From positions 186,001-250,000 of the forward strand of contig OW569349.1 in the NCBI GenBank assembly GCA_937625935.1: 64,000 nucleotides of DNA, in the 5' to 3' direction. Below are positions 20,484 to 31,700 of this stretch, piece by piece. The position numbers were made by a program, and so were the translations under genes. The DNA is from Tetramitus jugosus (taxonomy: Eukaryota > Protista > Heterolobosea). The notes below the pieces were generated by a model that saw only the letters and a program-made list of their open reading frames with translations, had not been told where the DNA came from and ran no database searches. How positions within the stretch are numbered: the first letter of the stretch is position 1; every line of letters begins with the position of its first letter.

Positions 20484-21875
20484 ATGTCTTGCTGCAACAA
20501 CAATAACAACGACAACGACAGTAGCAACTCATCATGCTGCAACAACAACAACACCAACAGTGATCCCAACAACAACTCCACCTGTTGCAACAACAATCAA
20601 CAAATTGTGGTCAAAGAAACTCCGACTCCGACTGCCACCACCACATCCTCTTCTTCTGCTTCTTCTTCTAGTGCAACAACCACTCAAATACCAGACGAGA
20701 TCCTAAACAACACCACACTCAACGAAATTATTGCTCAATCCCTTCCCAGCAACTACAGCTTTGAAATTCACAAAACCATTTGGCGAATTCAACAGTCGTC
20801 AGCCAAGACTGTAGCTCTCCAATTTCCAGAAGGTCTACTGCTGTATGCATGTGTCATCTCTGATATTATTGAAAGATTTTGTAATGTGGCAACGGTGATC
20901 ATGGCTGATGTGACGTATGGTGCATGTTGTATCGATGATTATACAGCACGGGCACTTGGGTGTGATTTTATGGTGCATTATGCGCACAGTTGTCTCATTC
21001 CAGTCAATCAGTGTCTCATGAACATTCTGTACGTGTTTGTCGACATTGGTATCGACATGCGGCATTTTGTGGAGAGCGTAAAAAATAATTTTTCGCGCGA
21101 TCGGAAAATTGCGCTCGTGTCTACGATTCAGTTTGTGGCTTCGTTGAGAGCGGCGAAACCACAGTTTGAAGAGTATTTTTCTGATGTGATTATTCCACAG
21201 GTGAAACCATTGTCTCCTGGTGAAATTCTTGGTTGCACTTCTCCCATGCTTGAATCCAGAGACGTGGTCATCTATGTGGGAGATGGAAGGTTCCATCTCG
21301 AGTCTGTCATGATTCAGAACCCACAATTGGAGGCGTTCAAGTATGATCCCTATTCCAAGAAGTTGACCATTGAAAAGTATGATCATGCAAAGATGCATGG
21401 CTTGAGAAAGACTTCGATTGAACGTGCACAATCGGCTAAAAAGTTTGGTATTATTTTGGGAACGTTGGGCAGACAGGGCAGCCCTCGTATTTTGACTCAT
21501 TTGGAACAATTGTTGAACGAGAAGAATATTCCGTTTATTGTTGTGTTGTTGTCTGAGATTTTCCCTGCAAAATTGGCAATGTTCAACGATGTGGATGCCT
21601 GGGTGCAAATTGCTTGTCCTCGTCTCTCCATTGATTGGGGTTATGCGTTTGATAAGCCATTGTTGTCTCCCTATGAAGCAGAGGTGGCACTGAAGGCAGT
21701 AGAGTGGAAGGAGGTGTACCCAATGGATTTCTATTCGGCAGACGGTGGTGCATGGACTGTGAAGCATGGCGAGAAGCGCGTTGGCAACAAGAATCCAGTC
21801 AACTCTGCAGCCAATAAGAAAATGTTGAGAGAAAAGTTGAGACAGATGAAGAACAAGAAATTACAAATCGAATAA
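20484..21875 (+). CDS. DPH1: 2-(3-amino-3-carboxypropyl)histidine synthase subunit 1 (diphthamide biosynthesis)
   Basis: [79 protein letters not shown]. Confidence 0.96.
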   Translation: MSCCNNNNNDNDSSNSSCCNNNNTNSDPNNNSTCCNNNQQIVVKETPTPTATTTSSSSASSSSATTTQIPDEILNNTTLNEIIAQSLPSNYSFEIHKTIWRIQQSSAKTVALQFPEGLLLYACVISDIIERFCNVATVIMADVTYGACCIDDYTARALGCDFMVHYAHSCLIPVNQCLMNILYVFVDIGIDMRHFVESVKNNFSRDRKIALVSTIQFVASLRAAKPQFEEYFSDVIIPQVKPLSPGEILGCTSPMLESRDVVIYVGDGRFHLESVMIQNPQLEAFKYDPYSKKLTIEKYDHAKMHGLRKTSIERAQSAKKFGIILGTLGRQGSPRILTHLEQLLNEKNIPFIVVLLSEIFPAKLAMFNDVDAWVQIACPRLSIDWGYAFDKPLLSPYEAEVALKAVEWKEVYPMDFYSADGGAWTVKHGEKRVGNKNPVNSAANKKMLREKLRQMKNKKLQIE

Positions 21876-21907
21876 ATAATAATATATTGAAAAATATGAT
21901 GCAGCTA

Positions 21908-24900
21908 TTATTGCATCGAATAGTTCTTGAAGAGATCTTCGTCCTTTGGTCTGAATGTTGCTTCGATTCCAGACAGGACATTGGAAGCAGCAGAAGTGAT
22001 TCCAGCAAATGGACTCAATATCACACGAGGAACTGCTCGTAGAGCTCCCACGGTTGCTCCATTGTCATCATGAGGAATCGCAAGGACCGCAAACTTGGCG
22101 TCTTCGTAGTTTCCGCTCAGATCGCTATAAGCTCTCTGTAAACCTTCGGTCAAATTGGCAGCTGGAGCAGAGCTAATGTTTTGTTGGGTACTAGGCGTAG
22201 ACGAGCCAGACAAAAAGTTAGTGGCAGCTTCAATCACATAGTTGATGCCTGACATTGTGGTCGCACCGAGAGACACTGATTCAACAGACGCATTCGTAAC
22301 AAAAGAGGTAATTCCTTGTCGAATACCGCGCAACACGCGACCATCCTTTTGATATTGTTGGATGGGAAGAATGAACAAATCAACAGCGCCAGAGCCCACA
22401 TTGTACAGTGATCGTACAGGCATCAAACCAAGCAGGAATCTGAAAGCTTGTGTACCATAGATGTCACTAATGATCTGCTCTGTTATCCTTTCTGACAGTT
22501 GATTGAATCCTTGGACAGCTCTTAGATCAATGTTCGACAAATTAATCTCCACACCACTCAAAGGAATAAAGTTAACAAATTCGATCACTTGCTTCTCTGC
22601 CAATCGTCCATAGTTCACCTCTGTAGGTTGATAATCGACACACAATGAAATTTCGCTGAGTTTAAACGACTGGAAATACATATCAGGGGCTTTGCTAGGT
22701 GATGCCTCAGTCTTTGGAGTTGATGAACTAGCTGGTGACGGATCAGGTTCGGTATACAGACTCACTTCGAAGAACAACAAGAGGAACATGAGTGTGTTTT
22801 GATGGAAGTTGAGTCGAATTGGGAGTAGAGATAGATTCAATCTCATCTCTTGTCGGGACGATGGACGCAAGCACTCAAGAACCAAATCTAACATTCGAGA
22901 TCCAGTTTCTCTGGGCATGCTTGGATTCTTCCAATGGCATATCACTTTGTTACGATTGGATGATTGTAACTTATCTAGAACTTCGATATCTCCAAGTGAG
23001 ACTCGCAATCTCCATTCGTGATCGCTCTCTTGATCAAAGAGATGGAATTGAAGGAAGCAATCCAAAAGATTCACAGACACACTTTGCTTCTGATTTCTGC
23101 GCTTTTGTGTGTGATCTGGCCAATCTTGTCCCTCGTAGAGATAGACAACGACATTGACATCCTTTCGAACCAGTAATTCGAATTGTGCAATTGGATACTG
23201 TGGAGACAGGATTCGGTTGATGCTATAGTCTTCATGTTGCGGTGTTGGGAAGTAGTCCTTCATCAAATCAATGTTGAAATTAGTGAACAATTTGATCGAG
23301 TCATCTGCTTCAGGATCTTCTAATCCATAGCCCGATCCGATTTGCACCTTATTCTGAGCTTGACTGGAAGGAGCAGAAGCGCTTGGATAGAGAGATGAAC
23401 GATTGCTGCTAGCCGAAAACGCATTCTCATCAATATTTAAGATAAAGTTGTTGTCGTGGATATGAACAGAGAAGTCATCCAACATGTTTTGTTCATCCTC
23501 AACATGCTCTGTCTCGTTCGAAGCCGGTGTAGTGACTGGTAAATCTCCTTGATTTCCAATATAGGTCAGCATCTCTTGCAAGGTTTTGAAAGAGTCTGAA
23601 CAGAAACTGAGCGTAAGCGTACCGTTAGATACTTCAACGAGTACAGCAGGTCTTTCACGAGAGGGCTGAGTGTTCGAGTTGAGTGCTTTGATAGATATAT
23701 CAATGTTGTTGACAGATAGTAGATAAGCGAACTTTAGAGCTTTTAGATCACTCATAAATCCGAGTTCACTCTTCACATTGTGTGTCTTCAAGTAGTGTAT
23801 GACATCGTACTTGAAATTGTTATGGATGAGAACCGATACACCAACAATGTCTACACTGACATTCGTTTCCTCAGCGCTCTGGATCATTTGGGCTGTTGCA
23901 CCAATTCGGTCAACCAAAACGAGAAGTCGCGAAGGAAGACCCACCGGGGAGTAATCAATGATTGTGTTTTGTGCCAATACATCGAGAGATATTATCATCT
24001 CTCCATCGTACACTTCGTCTGATTGGAAAAAGTCTGAAACAAGAGCAATCCAATCCTGATCTTTTGGATAAAAGTGATGCTTGTGATACAATCCATTCGT
24101 TTGTAGTTTTAGCGCAATCTTTTGAATCTTTGGTTCTGGTGTACTCATTTTCAAATTCATGGCCAGGGCATACATATTTTCTCGGTAGTTTTTGATAACT
24201 CGTTCCGATTTCGACAGGATGGAAAGCTGTTTGTCCAACAGGTTATGTGTCACACTCAGATTTTTCACATTCAGGTTCAATCCAATGCGAGAATGAGGAT
24301 ACAACATCGCAAAGGCTGAAACATCATGGAGACTCGCACGGAAGCTATTTGTTTCTGATTTCTTCATCAAAAAGTTGAGTTGACCAGCAATTAGCTTAAT
24401 GGCAGTATTTGGACGTTCGTTTGGCTCGTCACTCTCAGTCAAGATGTGCAAAACACTGCGCGATTTAGATGACGATAGCATGTCATTTTCTACATGGTCA
24501 TTGATCAACTCATTCAACTTATCTAAAGGCGCTGTGAGTTGTTGTCCAAAGAATTGAGGTAATTTCTGGAGCATTATAAACTCTTCCTTTGATAATGAAA
24601 TGTTGATGATTGGCATCGTAAGTTGAATTCCCAATGCAGCTGATCTAAAAATCTTCTCATCACTGACAATAACTTCGATTGCTGCAGGAGGAGTTACCGG
24701 CTCATCAGAAAACTCAGAATCGGACTCAGTGTCCAAGTCTACGTTTGATTCTTCAAGCTCATTTTCTGAATCGTCATCCTTGGAATCCGTTTGAGTTGTT
24801 TTGTTGTAAATGGTTGCATTCACCTTTGAGGCATTGACAACAGGTTGAAGGGATTCTGATGGAATCTTAGAGTTGCACAAGTAGACAGCCAACTGTGCGA

Positions 24901-27400
24901 TTTTGGCATTGAGAGACAAGAGATCAGAGCCTAATATTACTTTGTTCATGTTCCAATCCATCTGATGCAAATCAACACGAATTGAATGGTTCGTGTATTG
25001 ATGATTGGTTTCATCCTCGGGGAAGAATATTTCAATCTGAACGTGATCCATCTTCAATTCATAATCTGACGTGAATGGATTATCTTCATAGTCGGTATCA
25101 TCTGAATAAACATCTGAATCCAACTTGTTCTTATCTTTCTGTTGAATCACAATTTGTTTCTGTATTTTTCTCGAGCGTTTGATATCTTTGAAGAGAGACA
25201 CTAAGCGCTCCACGATTCCAGCCTCTATACTTAACTGTAAAGCATCTAATCTCGTTTTACAACTCATTCGATTGTCCTGTCGATTAAATTGAACCAACAC
25301 AGCGATCCTAGGTGCATCAGTTTTGTTGGAGGGTAAGAATTGCAAAATTCTTCTCTCGCAGAACTCAACAATCTTCTCCTCCTTCTTTTCTGATGAGAAC
25401 TCTTGCTTCATATAATTTGCAATTAAACTACTAAGACTCTTCGATTCCTGCGCTTGAGGTTTCTTTAATCGCTCAAAGATTGAAAAATCTCCAATTCCTA
25501 CTTCGATCGAATTTGTATCATTATTATTCACAGACTTGACTACTAAATCCGCACACCGTAACACTAGATGATTCACAGAAATGTTCGGACCCTCTGAGTG
25601 CTTCAAACTTTGATTGGCTCGGAACCTTCTCCACATATCGCCCAAATCAGAATCCTCATAGAGCAGATTGATGGTGGCTCCTTGAAGTTTGATGATAATT
25701 TGTAAGCTTACAGGTGATGATTCAATTGGCGGGAAGTCAGAATTGTCTCTGAATCTGTGCAACCGCACGTCATCTTGATTATTCTTACGCTGTACAGGTT
25801 TCTTCGTTATTTTTGGTGCTTCCTTCTTCTCACTCATTATTGAGTGGAATAGATCCTCATCATCATCAGAGTCAATCTCAACAGGCTTGAAGCCATGATC
25901 TCCTTCATGCATAGACTCCTCTAGATTTGCAAATTCATATCCGTGCTCCATAATGGATGTCTTGTACATTGATTCATGAATTGATTCATACATGGATTCG
26001 TGTATTGATTCCTGCATCGCCTCAGTTGCATACGCACTCTTTGAATAGAAATCTTCGTATGAAGTCGGTTGAAACGAATCATGCAGGTCTTCTCCATCTT
26101 CTTCCTCTTCCTCTGTTGTGCTCATTGTCTTCGTCATTCGTTCCATAATTTCAATCATAATTTTCATTTGTGATGGCGTAAACACAGCATGTATCGACGA
26201 GATGTTAAACTGTATTTCAATTTTGCTTTTCGATTGATCGTGCAACCCTGAATCGCCACTACCGAAACTCACCAAACTATTGTTATCAGCAGTGATCAAC
26301 TTGATTCTAATCTTGTTATTCTCTGCTCGACCAAATATAATGGTATTCGCCACATCCAAATGTCTCTCCTTTATATCGGGTGAACGGGGTGATTGTTGTT
26401 GATCATCTACATGTACACTACCGGTCGGATTATTATTCGTCTGTTCTTCCTCGTCTTCTGTCGCATCCTCATCAAATATCTGTACAAAGAATCCTTCAAA
26501 CAGGAACGAGTAGATGAACAGCGATGGAAACCAGGCATCATTCCCCGTTGGCACAGGTGTTTCATCTGCATACTCCAATTTCGGAAAGTGTAGTAATAGT
26601 ACATTGTTTTTCTTTAGTTTCAATTCCGATGGGAATTCAAATCGTATTGTTACATTGTTCACTGAAGCTTTCAAACTAGACACAACTTTTTGAATGAGAC
26701 GAGCAATCGTTCCTTCTGCATCATCCAACTCCTTATCATCATTCTGTTGTTGTCTGTCCATATCTTCCAACTCACTCCGCAAATCTGATTTTCTCACTTC
26801 TCCGACAAGTATCGACGATGCCAGAACATTTGGGTCCACATTTTCATGAATGAAACTTTCGGCGTACATGGACAGTGTCGTCCGATCAATTGAGACCTTG
26901 TCCATTGATTCTTAATAAACATTGATGTCAACACACAATCATCACTATCAACGCACAAACAACAACACATAAAAACAACATACCTCTCACTTTGAAATTC
27001 AACTCGACACCACTCACATGTATCGACAAATCTTCCGACAGTATATTATAGGGAATGTGAATCTTAATTTCTTCAATATAACCACTCTTCAACACAAATG
27101 GCACATCCTTCAAGTGTTCATTAATTCCCTTGACATTGATCATGACATTGCTCAGCATGAAACATCCCTTTGTGAGCTCAACTTCCAATTGAGACAAATC
27201 TGGTTCGTGAATAAACCGACCCAGTGCCTTTTTTATAATGAATTTTAATACTGTACATGTGTGCATGGGTTGTTAGTGTTGTTATTCAGTTGTGTGGAAG
27301 CTTTCACAAAAAAGAGCGCGAAAAAAGCTAGATGACGCATACCTCGTTTTTTTAATCCTTCGGTTAAACGGTTCGTTATCCAATTATTGAAAATGTTCAT
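21908..27400 (-). CDS. ATG2: Autophagy-related protein 2 (bridge-like lipid transfer protein), 3 exons
   Basis: Exons 27400-27343, 27250-26984 and 26910-21908; introns 27342-27251 and 26983-26911 keep the frame. Chorein-N start (LKKRVLKFIIKKALGRFI), LYEGQDW, LLPIRLNFHQNTLMFL, VDYQP, ATG_C region QYQKDGRVLRGIRQG. Confidence 0.9.
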
Positions 27401-27657
27401 CTTTGCTGTGTTCGTTGTTTGGATGAACGTTTGTGTGTTTTTCTTCTTATTCGGAGTTTGATGTTTGTTCGTTTTGTTTTCTGGCCAGAGGAGCTGAATT
27501 TTTTGTGCTTCAGAAACCCAACTTCGCGAAGCTGTGATTGATGCTATTTATTTTTCTGCTGCCCGAAACGCTGAGAATTCTCCATTTTCATTCCTCCGTT
27601 TTGAGAGAGGTGCAAGACAAAAAACAACACGCAGCAACAAACGACCAAAGAAACAAC

Positions 27658-28647
27658 ATGCATCGATTACGGATATTGGCCAATCATATTCATCCAAACA
27701 ATGATACACGCGAATCAAACCATCATAATGACAACCACCATTCAATCATCCAACAATCTCCCACACGAAGCACGATCTCTCCTCATTTTTCCGATCCACA
27801 ATTTTCCGCCGTAGAGACAATCTGCGATAATGATCCTTACCGACGTCAATACCAACAGCACCGCATCAAGCAAATCATACGTTACGTGTTGCCTCAGTTG
27901 AAACGTCTCTCCCTCACCTCACCATCATCACCACAACAACAACAAAAATGGCTACTCCAAAAAATGATGCAAAAACAACACAATTTCAACATGATTGAAA
28001 TTCTAATTGCCATCTCCATTATCGTCACCTTTTCTGGTCTCACAGGCACAGTATTCGCTCAAAAATATGAAGAAACAAGAGTGAGTAATGCTCAATTGGA
28101 TCTCGCTCGTATTCAAGAGGGATTAGTCATGTATTATACGCGAAAAGCAACGTATCCATTGGATTTGGAAGAGTTGTTGGAGAATGGTGATTTGAATAAA
28201 GTACCAAAAGATCCATGGGGAACAGATTATCTCTATGTTCCTCATTTGGACTGGGCGAGATTTGTTCGGTTATTGGGCACTTCAAGTAGTAGTGGGAGTA
28301 GTTCTAATGCAGGTGGTGGTGGTCAAAGTGGTCAAACACAAAAAAGGACGAGTGCATCAATGAATAGCAACATGATTTATTACAAGGAAGCATTGAAGAG
28401 AATGAGAAACAGTTTGATGAATCTGCCAGAGAGCATTGAGAAGATTCAAGTGTTGGCCATGGCAATGGATCAACCGTTTTGTATCTGTGTGGGCACTAAA
28501 TTGCCCAGATTTCCACCAAAGATTGATACGAATGTGACGCGAGAGAAGATCAAGTATGTGGCACAGTTGATGAAGATGGCACGGGAGCGGAGTGAAGGTG
28601 AGTTGAATGAGTTGGTGACAGAGGTGTTGAACATTGCAAAGGAATAG
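27658..28647 (+). CDS. gspG: Eukaryotic GspG-like major pseudopilin (type II secretion system-derived, mitochondrial system); start uncertain (27541/27658/27964)
   Basis: Pilin-like N-helix NFNMIEILIAISIIVTFSGLTGTVF (from 27982), then AQLDLARIQEGLVMYY..YP..LEELL..VPKDPWGTDYLY, the T2SS GspG core with DPWG. Confidence 0.85.
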   Translation: MHRLRILANHIHPNNDTRESNHHNDNHHSIIQQSPTRSTISPHFSDPQFSAVETICDNDPYRRQYQQHRIKQIIRYVLPQLKRLSLTSPSSPQQQQKWLLQKMMQKQHNFNMIEILIAISIIVTFSGLTGTVFAQKYEETRVSNAQLDLARIQEGLVMYYTRKATYPLDLEELLENGDLNKVPKDPWGTDYLYVPHLDWARFVRLLGTSSSSGSSSNAGGGGQSGQTQKRTSASMNSNMIYYKEALKRMRNSLMNLPESIEKIQVLAMAMDQPFCICVGTKLPRFPPKIDTNVTREKIKYVAQLMKMARERSEGELNELVTEVLNIAKE

Positions 28648-28739
28648 TAAAGACTCTGAGTTTAATTTATTTGTGTGTGTTCGAATGTGGAAATAATAAA
28701 AGTTTACAGTTGGAAACACATTGAAAAGTTTAAGGTGTT

Positions 28740-31700
28740 TTATTTGGCATGTAAACGAACGAGTTTTGTTCTCAGTCGTTGCGTGAGTGTTCTTGCTGAT
28801 ATTGGTCCGTGATTGCTGCCTTCATCCACTTCAACACGATTGATCGAATTGGTAATGTCTTTGAGCCAGGCAATCTTGGTTTCGAACGAATTGAAGGAAA
28901 TGTCGAATATTTTGGCCTTCAATTTCGCCGAGGACAGACAATTGGCCTGCAAGGTAACTGAAACTTGACTGCCACCCATGATCACTGCATCGATAAGTGA
29001 GTAGATGCGCACCGTTGGTGACAAACTCAATTTCTTCTTCTCTCGCAGGATGAGCATATCATTGAAGAGATAAGCCTTTTGTTTTCCTTCCTTGAAAACG
29101 CATTGACCTTCTCTGACGAGTCGTCTCGAATCAGTTGCCAGCTTATCTACGCGAAGCATGCGACCAATTTGCTGTACTTTAATCTTGTTGTTCGCCTCAC
29201 GAATTCTCTCATTGTGAACCTTTGCACATTCTGTAATCATTTCAATGGCAGTCTGTAAATTGTCATAGTCACCGTGATCTGGAGGTGTCTGTTTCAACAG
29301 ATTCTTCAACAAGATCTCATATCGAGGGATTCTTTGAACAGGCATAATAAACAGTGATCCCATATCCAGACCACAACTTCGCTTGTTCTTCTTTGTCTTG
29401 TTGGCCCAAACTTCAAACTCCTTGTGCTTGGCTCTGTATTGTCGAATTGCTCCCATTGCTGGATCATACATGGTCAAATAGGAAATATACACATCGAGGA
29501 AAGGAATAGTCTTGATAAAGAGATCAGCAATCATCATAAAGTAGATGGAAACCGGATCCTTTCCTTGATACAATCCAAAACGCTCCTCGACCTTTCGTAG
29601 GAAATTGTTATTGACTGCAATGATTGCCTTCAGATTGAAGGGAAACATTTGCTTGGCTACCTTCTCGGGCACAAAACGTTTAGCGAAGAGACCAGTTTTT
29701 ACACCGGTATTCTTATTCAGCATAATTGGCTCATAGTACAAATCTTGCAACACTTGTAAGAATTTGAGGTACTTTCGCTCACTTTCCAAGATCTCGAACA
29801 ATAGATTAATTCTCTCCTTGTAATCAATCTGCTGCTCCTTCCTCAGACTATTTAGCTCTCTCAGAGTTTGTTTGTCAATCTTATTCACATCAAATATCAT
29901 ACTCTGACGATATGATTGATGAGATGGACGAGCAGGTGTTTGTTCCTTGACGACTGTGGTAGTTTCCTGAGAAATTTCAATACTTGGAATCGAATCTGTA
30001 GTGTTTCCAGCCATTGTTCCTCTGTTGTTCATCCTATTATACATTTGAATCGTTTCATGAATGAAATCTTGCACGATACAGATAATGTTGTTCAATATAA
30101 AGAGTGAAGGGCCATTGGATTCACTCTGTGGCAATCCATGCTTATGCTGATATAGCTCTTCTTCGATTTGTGATGTCAGCAAATCAATAGACTTAATAGG
30201 GACACTGACTTTCTTGTCGGATACTGAGCTTAGGTATGTGTAATAGAGTTCAGCAATCTTTGTCTTTCTAGCTTGGTCATTGCTTTCTGTCTTATATTGG
30301 AAAGCACCTTCCCAAAACTCGATGGCATTCAAGCAATCAGTTAGAGTTTGAGCAACACAAAATTGCTTAAGTTGGATGCGAAACTCGATATCGCTTAAGA
30401 ATTGATACACTACTGAGCTCTCTGGCTTTTGATCGACAATAAATCTTCGTGGAGTACTCATAGCCCTTAATCGGAAAGAAGTGGACGACGATCTCGCAGT
30501 GTCTACAGGAGAATCAAAAGTAAGCGAACCTTCTTCGTCTGTGCTCTCGACATTAGGTGTTAGATTAAGCGAGGGTATCCGAATTCTATTAGCTGGTGTT
30601 CTGGGAGAGGATGTGAAAGAGAGAGATGACGAGCTACTATCGCTATCATATGCGCTATCAGTGGCATCATCCTCTTCACCGGTCACTTGAAGGGCAGGTG
30701 GTGGTGATAACTGTCTGTCAATATTTTCTCTTCCATGTAAAATGAATCCTGGAGAGGTTGATGTGTCATCACTGTCGTCATCCAAGTTAAAACCTAGATC
30801 AAACAATTCAGTTAGCTCATTGAGATCAGTATAATCTTCCGTCGCTGTCGCTGGGGATGATATAGATCGATCTCCAGAGCCCGATCTGGCTCGAGAGGTA
30901 TGAGTATATCCTAGTTGACTATTACATCTCATCAAATCGACGAGGGCTCGCTTGTCCTTGTGCGTCCTAAGCAGTGGAGTAAATACTTTGACTACATTGG
31001 CGATTTCGGATTGAAGGAATCTGTTGTTCTCCACTCCAAGCGCTCGCAACTTTTTCAGCTTTAAGAATTCTTCTGGTAGTGTCATCAGTTGATTATTAGA
31101 AACATCTAAGTGAGTCAACTCTGTCATTGTTTCAATGTCACTAGGAATGAACAGTAGAGAATTGTTATTGAGACTGAGTGTTTCAATCTTCGAGTCGAAG
31201 AACTCGCTCGGGAAGTATTCAAATTTGTTGTGACTCATGTCCACATGCTTCAACTTTCTCAATTGTTCAAAGCCCTCAGGCAGTTCGAACAATCTATTGT
31301 TTGACAAATCTAAACTTGTCACATTTTTGAAACTCTCGGAGAACCAGTAAGGCAATACAGATATCTCATTATTATTCAAACACAAAGTCTTCACGTGCTT
31401 ACATAACGCCAACTCTGGTGGTAGGGTCGATAGATTGAGTCCAGATAAATCCAACTTTTCTTGCTTCTTTTCAATGCACTCCGTGATGATTACCGTGGCA
31501 GTATTAAAGGAATGTCGATTAGTGTCTATTCCACGACTCGTATCGAATCCATTCAGCTGATCCAAACGACTAATGTACAGCTTTTGTAGCATGCCTTTAG
31601 TAGAAATCATATTGTCTTCTTGTGCCTTTTTCTCAGGGATGGTAAGTGTATGTGTAAGTGCATCCTCACTCGTGATAATCATATTCAACACAGCTTGGAT

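Noticed and set aside
21091-21099. E2F-like TTTCGCGC inside DPH1
   Set aside because: Within coding sequence; expected by chance.
20835-21767. 310-aa antisense ORF over DPH1
   Set aside because: Antisense shadow of a conserved gene; no motifs.
16418-21875. CAR-like gene and DPH1 as a biosynthetic gene cluster
   Set aside because: Head-to-head arrangement is common in this compact window; no PPTase, tailoring enzyme or transporter nearby, and no pathway link.
27538-28647. Bacterial contamination or an operon around gspG
   Set aside because: Flanked by intron-containing ATG2 and a RhoGEF, with matching composition and no other bacterial T2SS genes adjacent.
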